A stretch of DNA of 64,000 nt, taken from Candidatus Binatia bacterium. GTDB taxonomy: Bacteria; Desulfobacterota; Binatia; Bin18. This document shows, in pieces, positions 1 through 10,403 of this stretch. The position numbers and the translations under genes are program-made. Position 1 is the stretch's first letter. Every line of letters starts with the position of its first letter. The notes beneath the pieces were generated by a model. It saw nothing but the letters and a program-made list of their open reading frames with translations. It did not search any database and was not told the DNA's origin. Where the stretch lies: positions 64,001 through 128,000 of the forward strand of contig OY761159.2 in assembly GCA_963664395.2 (NCBI GenBank), read 5' to 3'.

Positions 1-918
1 AGCATTACAGGTGAAGACGGAAGGTTTAATGAGCTAGCCATTCTGTTTTCCGAATACTGGCAAGAGGCATCGGTATTAACTGAAGAAGTGCTCAAAAAAT
101 ACAAAAAGCTCTATTTGTCCCACTCAAAAATAGATCAGGAAATTTCTTCACTGGCAAAGACCGTTAATCAAGACATCGGAAATGTTGTATTTCACAATAT
201 CGGGAGAGAAAAAAGAAAAGTCTCAAAGGAGAATATTTTTCTTGAAGACTATCGAAAGACGTATCAAGAGAATGTAGCCGCTTTCAACAAAATCCAAGTT
301 CTGTACAAGTCACTTCAGAAGCGGAAAGTGGCCGAGAGTCTTATTCCGCTGCGGTTGGAGATAGACTCATTTCTGAGTTTCGTCAGAGATGAATACGCAT
401 CTGGTGATTCATGGTCAGAGCCGCCGGTCGGTTGGGGAGACCTACAGGTTTCTCGGGTCAAAGGATACCTGGACAAGTGGTTTACCACATCGTGGCCACA
501 TCTCGAAGATACGATTGTAAACGTCAACTACCCAAGCCTCATACAGATTTTCTCTTCACGCAAAACCGTCATGGATAGTCATGATGACGAGCTTTTTGAC
601 GCTTTGACTACAGTCCACTCTCTTCACGACCGCCTTAGATTCTTTCCTGGAGGACTCCCAAAACTGCGTATAACGTTCTTTGAGACGAATGATGGAAAGC
701 AGATTAGAGAAAGCCTTTCCTACTTGGTATTTGGCGATGGTGATGTAATAGAAAGGATGGCGAATCTGATATTTCACCCTAAATACAAGCTCAACCAGTT
801 CGGCCAAGCGAACGTTCAAGAACTTGTAGGCTGGTGTAGTGAGGAATACCCCGTAATCAATGGACGAACAACAAAAATACTCCGGTTCTTTGGGTTCGAT
901 GTGCGGCAGCTCTCATGA
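1..918 (+). CDS. 5'-truncated defence-like protein, possibly a PLD-family nuclease with a C-terminal DNA-recognition domain
   Basis: Frame is open from base 1 (SITGEDGRFNELAILFSEYWQEASVLTEEVLKKY...), so the gene starts before the window. AT-richer than its neighbours. The first residues resemble the end of PLD-type nuclease domains, and the C-terminus (FGQANVQELVGW..EEYPVINGRT..LRFFGF) resembles domains fused to restriction GTPases. No catalytic motif is visible. Confidence 0.4.
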   Translation, partial: SITGEDGRFNELAILFSEYWQEASVLTEEVLKKYKKLYLSHSKIDQEISSLAKTVNQDIGNVVFHNIGREKRKVSKENIFLEDYRKTYQENVAAFNKIQVLYKSLQKRKVAESLIPLRLEIDSFLSFVRDEYASGDSWSEPPVGWGDLQVSRVKGYLDKWFTTSWPHLEDTIVNVNYPSLIQIFSSRKTVMDSHDDELFDALTTVHSLHDRLRFFPGGLPKLRITFFETNDGKQIRESLSYLVFGDGDVIERMANLIFHPKYKLNQFGQANVQELVGWCSEEYPVINGRTTKILRFFGFDVRQLS

Positions 919-990
919 AGAGAAGCAAGCGGCACGGGTTCAGTTCGAATGGTACTTGGAGAATTGCTCTCGGACGAGATCTTCTGAATT

Positions 991-1238
991 ATGGATCAAT
1001 CACCCTTAAAATCCTCACACCCTGAAAGTTCATTAAGTCAGCCTAAGTTGGCTCATTTAACAAACTGACAACCACAGAACTCATGAAATCGCTCAGGCCC
1101 GGACAAAAGGGGACGCTCAAGGTCAAGCGCGACGGAACTATGGTCGATGGTCATCATCGGATTAAAGTCTTACGAGATCGAGGGATTGACGTAGATGCGC
1201 TACCCCGTGAACTTTTTGACGAAGAGTCACTGTCGTAA
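991..1238 (+). pseudogene. small ParB/Srx-like domain protein, frameshifted
   Basis: Manual translation: MDQSPLKSSHPESSLSQPKLAH, frameshift at ~1056, then NKLTTTELMKSLRPGQKGTLKVKRDGTMVDGHHRIKVLRDRGIDVDALPRE. DGHHR is the ParB/Srx motif. An alternative short ORF is 1083-1238. Confidence 0.6.
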
Positions 1239-1251
1239 CAAAGAGACTTGC

Positions 1252-1752
1252 ATGAGAACAACCGCGTATTGGATAGCAGGTCCCTGGTCAGGTCGCCTGG
1301 CGATAGTCCCGCGTCCGCGTGGAGGCCGACTGGCTCGAAGAGGAAGTCCGCTCCTGGCAGGAAGCCGGGCTGGATGTAGTGGTTTCACTGCTCACCCACG
1401 CTGAAAACACCGAGCTTGAACTACATCAGGAAGCGCTTTTGTGTCGGGCACGGGGCGTCCAATTCTACGCCTATCCGATACCGGACCGAGGTGTGCCTGT
1501 ATCACGAAAAGCGACGGCTGACTTAGTACAGAAACTGGAGACGACACTTGAAGCTGGCAAATCCGGGCCGTCCATTGCCGGCAAGGGATTGGGTGCTCAA
1601 GCCTGATAACGGCACTCTTACTCGTCTCAGCCGGGATAGACCCAGAAGCCGCTCTGGACCAAATTAGTCAGGCACGAGGATGTGCAGTCCCGGATACTCT
1701 CGAACAGAGCAACTGGATAAAAAGCTTTGCCGTGATTCCTATAGACGCGTGA
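1252..1752 (+). pseudogene. protein-tyrosine/dual-specificity phosphatase, two frameshifts
   Basis: Three frames join into MRTTAYWIAGPWSGRLAIVPRPRGG / DWLEEEVRSW...PIPDRGVP...AGKS / AVHCRQGIGCSSL...VPDTLEQ. The HCX5R P-loop has Cys in place of Arg. Shifts at ~1326 and ~1565. Confidence 0.8.
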
Positions 1753-1794
1753 CGAGAACCCATGCGTGCAGGCTCGGAACGACCCCTCTCCCGT

Positions 1795-2862
1795 CTACAC
1801 AACCAGCATCGCGTCCCCATAACTGTAAAATCGATAGCCCTGCTTCACCGCTTCCGCATAGGCGTGCAGTAGTATGCGTTCTCGTCCGGCGAAGGCTGAG
1901 ACCAGCAGCAGCAGGGTCGAACGGGGCAGATGGAAATTGGTGATCAAACCGTCTATCACCTGAAATTCATAACCGGGATAGATGAACAAGTCGGACTGAT
2001 TCGGTCCGGGCTGGACGTGGCCTGTCTGTTGGGCGGACGATTCGAGCGCGCGTGTTGTGGTTGTCCCAACGGCAATGATTTTTCTGCCAGACGCTTTGGC
2101 TGTGTTGATGAGTGCTGCGGTCGTCGAATCGATTTCGTACGATTCGACCCCCATGGCATGCTGCTCAATTTGCTCGACACGAATGGGCTGGAATGTCCCC
2201 AAGCCAACATGCAGGGTCACGAAGCAAAGCTGTATTCCAACCCGTGCCAGCCTGTCGAGCAATTCCGGCGTAAAATGCAGCCCGGCAGTAGGAGCGGCCA
2301 CAGCGCCAGGTTGCTGCGCATACACCGTCTGGTAGCGTTCCTGGTCTGCGGCATGCTGGCCCGGCGAACGCCTGATATACGGCGGCAGCGGGACTTCTCC
2401 GTGTTGTTCTACAAGTCGCTGAAAATCCTTTTCCGGAAAAAAGCGCATACTCCCCTGACCGGCCCTCGGCGCCTCCACCCACTTGCCCCAAAATTTATCC
2501 GCAAAATTAATGCGTCCGCCGACTTTCTGGTTTTGGCCGCCTTTACACAAGACCTGCCAGGTTTCTCCCTCAGTAGCAGTCCGTCGAACGAGGAGGAGTT
2601 CGACTTTTCCGCCAGTCTTCTTCTTCCCACGTAAGCGGGCCGGGATAACCCGGGTGTTGTTACAGACCAGCACGCAGTCTTTGGGCAACAATCGGGGCAG
2701 GTCCGAAAACTGGAGATGAGAGAGGGAATCGTCGTCGCGCCCAACACGCAAGAGACGGGACTGATCGCGTTGTTTAGCCGGCTCTTGGGCGATTAATTCG
2801 AGTGGCAGAGCGTAGTCGAAGTCGGAAAGATTCATTAAAGATTCATTGAGGAGAGCTGACAT
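1795..2862 (-). CDS. queA: S-adenosylmethionine:tRNA ribosyltransferase-isomerase
   Basis: Motifs LSDFDY.LP.ELIAQ, AAPTAGLHFT, TLHVGLGTF, TNFHLP.STLL, YRFYSYGDAM. The start may be the second Met (MNLSDFDY). Confidence 0.97.
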   Translation of the reverse strand: MSALLNESLMNLSDFDYALPLELIAQEPAKQRDQSRLLRVGRDDDSLSHLQFSDLPRLLPKDCVLVCNNTRVIPARLRGKKKTGGKVELLLVRRTATEGETWQVLCKGGQNQKVGGRINFADKFWGKWVEAPRAGQGSMRFFPEKDFQRLVEQHGEVPLPPYIRRSPGQHAADQERYQTVYAQQPGAVAAPTAGLHFTPELLDRLARVGIQLCFVTLHVGLGTFQPIRVEQIEQHAMGVESYEIDSTTAALINTAKASGRKIIAVGTTTTRALESSAQQTGHVQPGPNQSDLFIYPGYEFQVIDGLITNFHLPRSTLLLLVSAFAGRERILLHAYAEAVKQGYRFYSYGDAMLVV

Positions 2863-2863
2863 T

Positions 2864-2894
2864 CCCCTCTCCCGTGAGGGAGAGGGTGAGAGGG
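2864..2894. repeat. REP-like palindrome (CCCTCTCCC...GGGAGAGGG family)
   Basis: cccctctcccgtgagggagagggtgagaggga, an intergenic hairpin; related copy at 26383. Confidence 0.6.
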
Positions 2895-2933
2895 AAATAC
2901 ATCTTGAGTCAATCGACTCGCAAGAAAGACCTC

Positions 2934-3728
2934 TTACGTTGTCGAATTATCTGGCGGACTGTCTGTTGGTGCTGAGCCGCCTATCCCGCGTAGGAACGGC
3001 TGCAAGAGATCAATCGGTATCGGGAAGAGGGTTGTTGAGTTGTTCTCCGATGCGACTTCAGAAAGCGTTTGGAGATAGCGCAGTTGGAGGGCGACCGGGT
3101 GTTGTTCGATAATGACAGAGGCATCAGCCAGCCGCTGGGCGGCCTGGAATTCCCCCTCGGCATTAATCACTTTGGCCCGTCGTTCACGCTCGGCTTCAGC
3201 CTGTTTTGCGAGAGCACGCTGCATCTCCTGAGGGAGGTCAATATGTTTGACCTCAACCAATGAGACCTTGACCCCCCACGGGTCCGTCTGGGTGTCAACG
3301 ATCTCTTGAAGATGGGCATTGATCTTATCCCGCTCGGAGAGCAGCTCGTCCAGTTCGGCTTGGCCGCATACACTCCGCAGCGTCGTTTGGGCGATTTGCG
3401 AGGTGGCAAACAGATAATTCTCGATCTCAATCGTTGCGCTACTGGGCTCTAAAACACGGAAATAGAGGACAGCATTGACTTTGATCGAAACGTTGTCTTT
3501 GGTAATAACGTCTTGTGGAGGAATGTCCAAGGTAATCGTTCGCATGTCCATACGGACCATGCGTTCAATCACGGGGATAACATAGATCAGTCCTGGACCA
3601 CGCTGCTTCACGAGTCGTCCAAGTCGAAAAATAACCCCCCGCTCATATTCGGGCAGAACCTTGATACCGCTCGCAAGGAGTACCAGACCTATAACCAGAA
3701 ACGTGATGACCGGACCAAAGCCAAACAT
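2934..3728 (-). CDS. slipin/SPFH (band 7, stomatin-like) membrane protein
   Basis: [54 protein letters not shown]; paired with nfeD. Confidence 0.95.
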   Translation of the reverse strand: MFGFGPVITFLVIGLVLLASGIKVLPEYERGVIFRLGRLVKQRGPGLIYVIPVIERMVRMDMRTITLDIPPQDVITKDNVSIKVNAVLYFRVLEPSSATIEIENYLFATSQIAQTTLRSVCGQAELDELLSERDKINAHLQEIVDTQTDPWGVKVSLVEVKHIDLPQEMQRALAKQAEAERERRAKVINAEGEFQAAQRLADASVIIEQHPVALQLRYLQTLSEVASENNSTTLFPIPIDLLQPFLRGIGGSAPTDSPPDNSTT

Positions 3729-3746
3729 ACATCCTCCTTTTTGTAA

Positions 3747-5087
3747 TCAACCCGCTGCTCGACGCACATGTAAGACTAGATGATCTACTGCAACGATTTG
3801 GACCTTTTGACCGACCTCAATCTCTTCATCACTCTCGGCCGTCCAATACTCACCGTGTACCCAGACTTTTCCCTGCGGACCAAGACGGGTGCGTACTTCG
3901 CCGATTTCCCCCTGTAGGCCCTCTACGCCTGAGGCTGCCGGGCGACGCCAAGCCCGCACAGCCAGCGAGCCGACAACAAACATGAATGTCCCCACGGCCA
4001 GCGAAGCGGCAAAAATAATTCCGCGATCAACCGCCAGCTCGGCGTCCGGCGTATCGAATAAGAACAACGAGCCTAGCACAAAGGCCACAATACCGCTGAC
4101 GCCCAAGATGCCAAAACTCGGGAGAAACATCTCGGCTATGAGCAGCGCCATGCCGAGTCCGATTAAGACCAGACCGGTGTAATTAATGGGTAAGACTTGA
4201 AAGGCAGTCAGCGCGAGAATCAAACAAATGCCGCCCGCCAGACCGGGGAAAAGCAGACCGGGGTTAGAGAATTCAAGATACAGGCCCAACATGCCAGCCA
4301 TCATGAGAAGGTACGCAATATTGGGGTCTGCCAGGATATTCAGGACCTTATGCTTGAGCCGCATCTCAACCGTGACAATGTTGAAGCGGCCCTCACTCAG
4401 TTGGGCAGCGGTAAAATCCAAGGTAATCTTTTCTGAACCAACCTCAACTTCACGTCCACTGGCCTGGCTCAGCAAATCGTGGACATCCGTAGCAACAAGA
4501 TCAACCACGTTCTTCTCTAGCGCTTCGACCTCAGTGATCGAGACACTTTCGCGGACCGCTTTCTCCGCCCACTCGACATTTCGGCCTCGGCGCTGAGCAA
4601 TGGATTCGATAAACGAAACCGTGAAATTCTCAATCTTCTCCCGCATGTCGCCTTCGATGTTTTGCCCGCCGCTGGCAACCGGATGCGCCGCGCCTATGGT
4701 TGTGCCCGGAGCCATGGCAGCAATATGACCGGCCAGCGTAATAAACACGCCCGCCGAGCCAGCCCCCGCCCCGCTCGGAGAGACATACAGAAGAACGGGC
4801 AACGGAGCGCCAAGCATATCTTTGACTATGCTCTTGGTCGAGTTGAGCAACCCGCCGGGGGTATCGAGCTGAATAATGAGCGCTAAGGCCCCCTCTTGGG
4901 CTGACTGGCCAATATTCTCGCGGATAAAGTCACCTACAGCCGGATTAATCGAGGCATCAATGACAATACGGTTGACATGGGCTTGCTGACTCCGGGCGTG
5001 CACACCGAGGAGCATACCCAGGCCCGTCAGGAGACAGACGCAAGACAAGAGTCGTACGGGTCCAACTTTACGGCATCGCTTTCGCAC
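3747..5087 (-). CDS. nfeD: NfeD membrane-bound serine protease (long form)
   Basis: LDTPGGL, SAGVFI, AAMAPGTTIGAAHPV, a TM bundle and a C-terminal OB fold (GKVWVHGEYWTA); upstream of the slipin gene. Confidence 0.93.
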   Translation of the reverse strand: MRKRCRKVGPVRLLSCVCLLTGLGMLLGVHARSQQAHVNRIVIDASINPAVGDFIRENIGQSAQEGALALIIQLDTPGGLLNSTKSIVKDMLGAPLPVLLYVSPSGAGAGSAGVFITLAGHIAAMAPGTTIGAAHPVASGGQNIEGDMREKIENFTVSFIESIAQRRGRNVEWAEKAVRESVSITEVEALEKNVVDLVATDVHDLLSQASGREVEVGSEKITLDFTAAQLSEGRFNIVTVEMRLKHKVLNILADPNIAYLLMMAGMLGLYLEFSNPGLLFPGLAGGICLILALTAFQVLPINYTGLVLIGLGMALLIAEMFLPSFGILGVSGIVAFVLGSLFLFDTPDAELAVDRGIIFAASLAVGTFMFVVGSLAVRAWRRPAASGVEGLQGEIGEVRTRLGPQGKVWVHGEYWTAESDEEIEVGQKVQIVAVDHLVLHVRRAAG

Positions 5088-5088
5088 G

Positions 5089-5961
5089 CTAGAGACGTCC
5101 TATTTCTCGGAGCACAGCTTTAATATCTTCCCACACCAAACGCTTCTCTTTAGGGTTGCGCAGTAAGTAGGCCGGATGCAAGGTCGGCATGAGTTTTATG
5201 CCGCGATAGGACTGCCACTTGCCGCGCAAGCGGGTAATGGGGGTCGTATCCTTCAGTAGCGTCTGGGCGGCAAATTTTCCTAAGGTAATGATAATCTTGG
5301 GCTGTATGATCTCCAGCTGTTTGATCAGAAAGGGCTCACACGCCGCAATCTCAGCAGGTTCAGGATTGCGATTCTCAGGCGGACGGCATTTGACGACATT
5401 GGCAATATAGACGTCCGCCCGCTGCATTTGCATGCCTTTGGTAATGATCTGCGTCAGCAACTGCCCGGCCCGTCCAACAAAGGGTTCGCCCTGTTTGTCC
5501 TCCTCGTAGCCTGGTCCCTCACCAACAAACACGATCTCCGCGTCGGGATTACCGACGCCAAAGACGATGCTATTACGTTTTTCACACAAACGACAGCGTT
5601 GGCAATCCCCAATTTCAGCTCGGAGCTCTTCCAGGGTGTGGACAGCAGCCCGAAATGATTCGGAGGATTCCTCGGCTGGGGCTGCTGTGACAGCAATGTC
5701 CGGGGACGAATCCGCCTTGACCTGTAAAAGGGCGGCGTCGGCCTGCTGAGGCAGGTGTTCGGCAGGTTCCACACTAATATCTGCAATTGGTACTGGCTGT
5801 TCCTCGCCAACCTTTTCAGTCGAAGAAATCGGAGACGGCATGGGCGGAGAGGCTGGGAAGCCTTCGACTCCGCCGGCCTGCAACTCTTTTGCATATGTGT
5901 GCAGAGAGTGAGTAATGCGTGTCAGCAATGCGTGGGGGGCGTGTGGCGAATCGGCAGTCAT
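5089..5961 (-). CDS. uracil-DNA glycosylase family 4 (Fe-S)
   Basis: CQRCRL, GEGPG.EED.QG.PFVGRAG, NVVKCRPP.NR, HPAYLLRNP. Confidence 0.95.
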   Translation of the reverse strand: MTADSPHAPHALLTRITHSLHTYAKELQAGGVEGFPASPPMPSPISSTEKVGEEQPVPIADISVEPAEHLPQQADAALLQVKADSSPDIAVTAAPAEESSESFRAAVHTLEELRAEIGDCQRCRLCEKRNSIVFGVGNPDAEIVFVGEGPGYEEDKQGEPFVGRAGQLLTQIITKGMQMQRADVYIANVVKCRPPENRNPEPAEIAACEPFLIKQLEIIQPKIIITLGKFAAQTLLKDTTPITRLRGKWQSYRGIKLMPTLHPAYLLRNPKEKRLVWEDIKAVLREIGRL

Positions 5962-5979
5962 GGCCGCTTGAGGATATGC

Positions 5980-6966
5980 CTAGGCAGTCCGATTGACAAG
6001 CTGAGACACGAAAAAAGAAAGACCGTCGTAATACGGAGACGGCGGCAGAATTTCCAAAGCCTCCAGGGCCTGTTTCCCATAGGCGTGAGCCATGCGTGTG
6101 GCTTCGTCGAGCACCCCGGAGCGACGAATTTGTTCCAATGCGGCTTCAATTTCTTGCTGACTCGGCGCCTGTTTCTCAAATACGCGTTTAACTTCAGGAT
6201 CATGGGCAAGAGCCAGGACAAGCGGCAAAGAAGGATTGCCGTCTCTGAGGTCAGCCCCGGTTGGCTTGCCTGTCCGGTTGCCATCGCCAGCGACATCAAG
6301 GACATCATCAACAATTTGGAACGCCATACCAATGCAATAGCCGGACTCAGCCAGACCCTCAATCACGTCCTGCGAAGCCCCTGCAAGATGGGCTCCCATA
6401 CGCGCCCCTTGGGCAAACAACGAGGCAGTTTTGCGTTCGATGATTTCCAAATAGTCGTCCCGCGTCACGCTGGAGTCATGGCGCAAGCGGTCTTGCAATA
6501 CTTCTCCTTCAGTGAGGCTGATACAGGCATCGGTTGCCCAGATAATGACTTTTTCCTCAAAACGGCCGCACAGCGCGAAGGCCCGTCCGAATAAAAAATC
6601 ACCGGCTATCAATGTCGCAGTCGGTCCAAAACGATGCAGGGCCGACTCTTTCCCACGACGCGTCTCAGCTTCATCAATAATATCATCGTGGAGCAGGGAG
6701 GCGGAATGAATGAGTTCCAGGGCTGTGGCCACATCGACAATGTCATTCACATTTTTTCCGTCACAGGCGCGAAATACCATTAATGCCACGGTTGGCCGGA
6801 CTCGTTTCCCGCCAGCCCCAACAAGATAATTCCCGATGTCACTCAGCAGTGGTTCGCGAGATTGGAGTAACTCAGCGAGCCGTTCTTCGACTTGCTCAAG
6901 TTCGGCAGCGACGCAGGCTTGGGGAGAAAGGGAATCTGGTTGCGAGAGGATTGCTTTGGCAGACAC
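5980..6966 (-). CDS. polyprenyl diphosphate synthase
   Basis: GGKRVRP, first DDxxD (LLHDDIID..RRG), KTASLF, second DDxxD (FQIVDDVLD). Confidence 0.95.
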   Translation of the reverse strand: MSAKAILSQPDSLSPQACVAAELEQVEERLAELLQSREPLLSDIGNYLVGAGGKRVRPTVALMVFRACDGKNVNDIVDVATALELIHSASLLHDDIIDEAETRRGKESALHRFGPTATLIAGDFLFGRAFALCGRFEEKVIIWATDACISLTEGEVLQDRLRHDSSVTRDDYLEIIERKTASLFAQGARMGAHLAGASQDVIEGLAESGYCIGMAFQIVDDVLDVAGDGNRTGKPTGADLRDGNPSLPLVLALAHDPEVKRVFEKQAPSQQEIEAALEQIRRSGVLDEATRMAHAYGKQALEALEILPPSPYYDGLSFFVSQLVNRTA

Positions 6967-7240
6967 ATTACACTCAAATCAGTCAGCATTCCCTCAGGCC
7001 CGTCCTGAGGCTACCCACATAATGCCAAAGGGAGGGAAAACGTCAAGGAGTGCAATGTCTTGTCAATAAAACGTTTTCTTACACCACGCCGCAAACGCTC
7101 GTCACAATGCCCGGCTGTATGTGGAACTCTCCCAGCGGCCTCTCTTCAAGACCTTGCCTCCCTCCTCTTCTCCCCCGTATGATGCGAGAAGGGAATGGGA
7201 TGAGAAAGAAGTGCATGGGGCGCAGGGCTCCACTATAACC

Positions 7241-8446
7241 ATGGGACTACAAAACAAAGACATCCTCCTTGGGGTAAGCGGCGGCATCGCCGCCTATAAG
7301 TCAGCCGAGCTCGTCCGACTTCTGGTCAAGGCAGGAGCCAATGTTCGGGTGGTAATGACCAAAAATGCCCAGGAGTTCATTACTCCCCTCACCCTTCAAT
7401 CGCTGTCCGGTAATCCGGTTTCAACCAACACCTTTGACCTGACTCAGGAATCTGAAATCGGGCATATCCGACTGGCAGATACCGCCGACCTTGTTCTCAT
7501 TGCTCCCGCAACGGCTAATATGCTGGCCAAGCTTGCTCACGGGATCGCCGATGATCTGCTTTCAACTGTGCTCTTAGTGACTCGGGCTCCAGTCGTCATT
7601 GCTCCGGCCATGAATGTCCATATGTACACTCACCCCACAACGCAGGAGAATCTCAAGAAATTACAGCATTTTGGCCATAGGATTATCGAGCCAGCTGAAG
7701 GCGCACTGGCCTGTGGCTACGAAGGCAAGGGCCGTTTGGCTGATCCTGAGCAGATTGTCGAGTGCGTGGAAGCGACGCTGGCGAAGAAGGATATGCAGGC
7801 AGAGCATGTCATCGTTACGGCTGGTCCCAACTGTGAGCCTATTGACCCTGTCCGCTTTATAACCAATCGCTCGACCGGGAAAATGGGCTTTGCCATGGCC
7901 CGCATTGCCTACCAGCGTGGTGCAGAGGTCACCTTAGTCAGTGGGCCGACCGCTCTCGCCTCACCGCTAGGGGTGCATATGTGTGCAGTGCGAACGGCAC
8001 TCGAAATGCAGCAGGCAGTACTCGCCCACTACCCGCGTGCCACCATGGTTGTCTCAGCCGCGGCCATTGCCGACTATCGTCCGGCCCAGGCTGCTGCTCA
8101 GAAGATCAAAAAAAAGGAAGGCAGTTTTTCTATTGCGCTCGACCGCAATCCGGATATTCTGGCCGGACTCGGCCAGGACAAGGGCAATCGGCTCCTGGTC
8201 GGCTTTGCCACAGAAACAGAAGACGTCCTCCAAAACGCAGCGCGCAAGCTGCGCTCGAAAAACCTCGATATGATAGTGGCGAACGATGTGACTCAAGCAG
8301 GCGCTGGATTTGCCGGCGATACCAATATCGTTACCTTGTTGGACCGGACCGGTAAGCACGAGCCTCTCCCCCTGATGTCCAAAGACGACGTTGCCCATGC
8401 AGTGTATGACCGTCTGCTCGCTTTGAAAAAATCCTCGACCCCTTAG
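7241..8446 (+). CDS. coaBC: phosphopantothenoylcysteine decarboxylase/synthetase
   Basis: [50 protein letters not shown]. Start moved to ATG 7241. Confidence 0.96.
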   Translation: MGLQNKDILLGVSGGIAAYKSAELVRLLVKAGANVRVVMTKNAQEFITPLTLQSLSGNPVSTNTFDLTQESEIGHIRLADTADLVLIAPATANMLAKLAHGIADDLLSTVLLVTRAPVVIAPAMNVHMYTHPTTQENLKKLQHFGHRIIEPAEGALACGYEGKGRLADPEQIVECVEATLAKKDMQAEHVIVTAGPNCEPIDPVRFITNRSTGKMGFAMARIAYQRGAEVTLVSGPTALASPLGVHMCAVRTALEMQQAVLAHYPRATMVVSAAAIADYRPAQAAAQKIKKKEGSFSIALDRNPDILAGLGQDKGNRLLVGFATETEDVLQNAARKLRSKNLDMIVANDVTQAGAGFAGDTNIVTLLDRTGKHEPLPLMSKDDVAHAVYDRLLALKKSSTP

Positions 8447-8468
8447 CTCCCGAGCCCCGCATATCGTT

Positions 8469-9020
8469 ATGGGCACGCCGACCCTACCCGCGCCAGTGAA
8501 GTTGTTGATTGCCCTGCTTGCCGCCGATACAGCACTCTTCGCCCAGGCGACTACGCGGATAGAAGCGGCATATGGTCGGATTGATTTGGAGAGTCCCGTG
8601 TTTCCGTGGGAGACCACAGACTATTACCAAACAGAGATGGGCGGACATCTGCTGCGGCGCTTTGTGACGTGTGAGCAACTCATCAGGCCTGAAGACCTGA
8701 TTCGGCTGAAACGCGAAGCGAACGAGATGGAATACGCCTTTGCCTCTCCACCAGGCCCCTCTTCGCCGCGCCGCTTGAATCTCGACCCTGGCTATATTGA
8801 TACGACAAAACTTGTCCTGGCATCAACCAAAGCCCAGGCTCATCGGATATATCTCTCTCAGGGCATCTATGCCGAGGTGACGCTCCTCTATCACCACGGC
8901 ACGTATCAGCCCTTTATTTACACCTACGATGATTATCGCTGGTCGGAGACACATGAATTCTTGAAGCAAGCCCGCAAGAAATATTTGGGACAGCTGCGGG
9001 AGCGGGAGAAAAAAGTGTAG
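8469..9020 (+). CDS. DUF4416 family protein
   Basis: TDYY..EMG, RRLNLDPGY, LVLASTK, HRIYL.QGIYAE, TY.DY. Confidence 0.85.
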   Translation: MGTPTLPAPVKLLIALLAADTALFAQATTRIEAAYGRIDLESPVFPWETTDYYQTEMGGHLLRRFVTCEQLIRPEDLIRLKREANEMEYAFASPPGPSSPRRLNLDPGYIDTTKLVLASTKAQAHRIYLSQGIYAEVTLLYHHGTYQPFIYTYDDYRWSETHEFLKQARKKYLGQLREREKKV

Positions 9021-9028
9021 GGGCAGCT

Positions 9029-9475
9029 CTACCTTCCCAACACCCCCCTCAACTCAGGCGGCAAGCGTTTCACTTTCCCCGCGTCATCAACACACGCATG
9101 CTGCGTAGCCCCTTCCGCAATCAACATATCGTCGGCCGTACGAACGATCCGGTACCCAAATCGGACACTGGCTCCACCGACCGCCTCAATCGTTGTCGTT
9201 ATATTGAGTACGTCATCAAAAAGCGCGACCGCCCAGTAGCGACAGTGGACTTCTCGAACGGGAAAGTGAATGCCTTCCGCTTCAAGCTCGCGGTACGGCT
9301 TCCTCAGCGCTCGCAAGAATTCAACCCGCCCTTCTTCAAACCACGGCAGATAGGCGGCATGATGCGCCATACCGGCTTGGTCGGTCTCCGCATAGCGTAC
9401 GCGCAGGGCGTGGGTGTGGGAGAGGCGGGATTGGGAACTCGGGATTGGGGAAGGAGATTTTTCTCTCTTTGACAT
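9029..9475 (-). CDS. acyl-CoA thioesterase (YbgC/4HBT hotdog fold)
   Basis: RVRYAETDQ.G.AHH..Y..WFE.GR motif. Confidence 0.9.
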   Translation of the reverse strand: MSKREKSPSPIPSSQSRLSHTHALRVRYAETDQAGMAHHAAYLPWFEEGRVEFLRALRKPYRELEAEGIHFPVREVHCRYWAVALFDDVLNITTTIEAVGGASVRFGYRIVRTADDMLIAEGATQHACVDDAGKVKRLPPELRGVLGR

Positions 9476-9516
9476 GAACCCCTCACCTCCAACCCCTCAC
9501 TCCTCATCCCCAACCC

Positions 9517-10293
9517 CTACCTGCCCTTCCAATTGGGTTTGCGCTTTTCGGCAAATGCCCGTGGCCCTTCGACCACGTCTTCGGAATTCATCATCTGCTT
9601 GAGAGCCGGGTAGGACTGGGTAAAGGCTTCGTCCAGGGTCAACCCCGCGCCCAGCATGGCACACTGTTTGGTCGCCCGGACCGAGAGGGGTGCACACTCC
9701 TGGATTTCATCCGTCCAGCGCTTGACGGTCGCCTTGAGGTCTGCCAAGGGGACGACTTCATTCACAACGCCCCAGCTGTGCGCTTCTTGGGCGGTCATAT
9801 GCTTGCCGGTCAGCATATAGCCCAGCGCAATCTTGAGCGGCATTTGGCGCGGCAAACGGTGGACGCCCCCAGCGGCAGCCGCCAGGCCGACTCGGGGTTC
9901 AGGTAAACCGAGCCGCGCATGATCGGCCGCCACGATAATGTCGCACGCCAGAGCCATCTCAAATCCCCCACCCAGGGCAAAACCGTTCACCGCAGCAATA
10001 GTCGGTTTCCAAATATCGGTGCGGTCCGTCAGGCCACCAAAGCCCCCCTTAGCTCTTTTTTTCGGGAAGCCGTGCTCTGCGGTGTATTTGAGATCATTCC
10101 CGGCCGAAAACGCCTTCTCCCCAGCGCCAGTCAAGACAATAACCCAGGTATTGTCATCCGCGAGGGCGTCATCCCAAATTTCCGACAACTCCTCTGCAGC
10201 CGGTGGGTGCACGGCATTCAGCCGCTCCGGGCGATTCATGGTGATTGTGGCAACATGGCCGTCCTTTTCATATACTGCATATTCGTACGCCAT
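9517..10293 (-). CDS. enoyl-CoA hydratase/isomerase
   Basis: NRPERLNA, AFSAGNDLK, IAAVNGFALGGGFE.ALACD, GLPEPRVG. Confidence 0.95.
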   Translation of the reverse strand: MAYEYAVYEKDGHVATITMNRPERLNAVHPPAAEELSEIWDDALADDNTWVIVLTGAGEKAFSAGNDLKYTAEHGFPKKRAKGGFGGLTDRTDIWKPTIAAVNGFALGGGFEMALACDIIVAADHARLGLPEPRVGLAAAAGGVHRLPRQMPLKIALGYMLTGKHMTAQEAHSWGVVNEVVPLADLKATVKRWTDEIQECAPLSVRATKQCAMLGAGLTLDEAFTQSYPALKQMMNSEDVVEGPRAFAEKRKPNWKGR

Positions 10294-10403
10294 AGGTCCT
10301 CCCTCGTTGTGTGTTTTTCTTCACCTGACTATCTTTACTATCTTTGTCCGGCGGGGCAAAAGCGGGTTGGATAGTACCGTTCCGGCATGCTAAAAGCAAC
10401 AAA

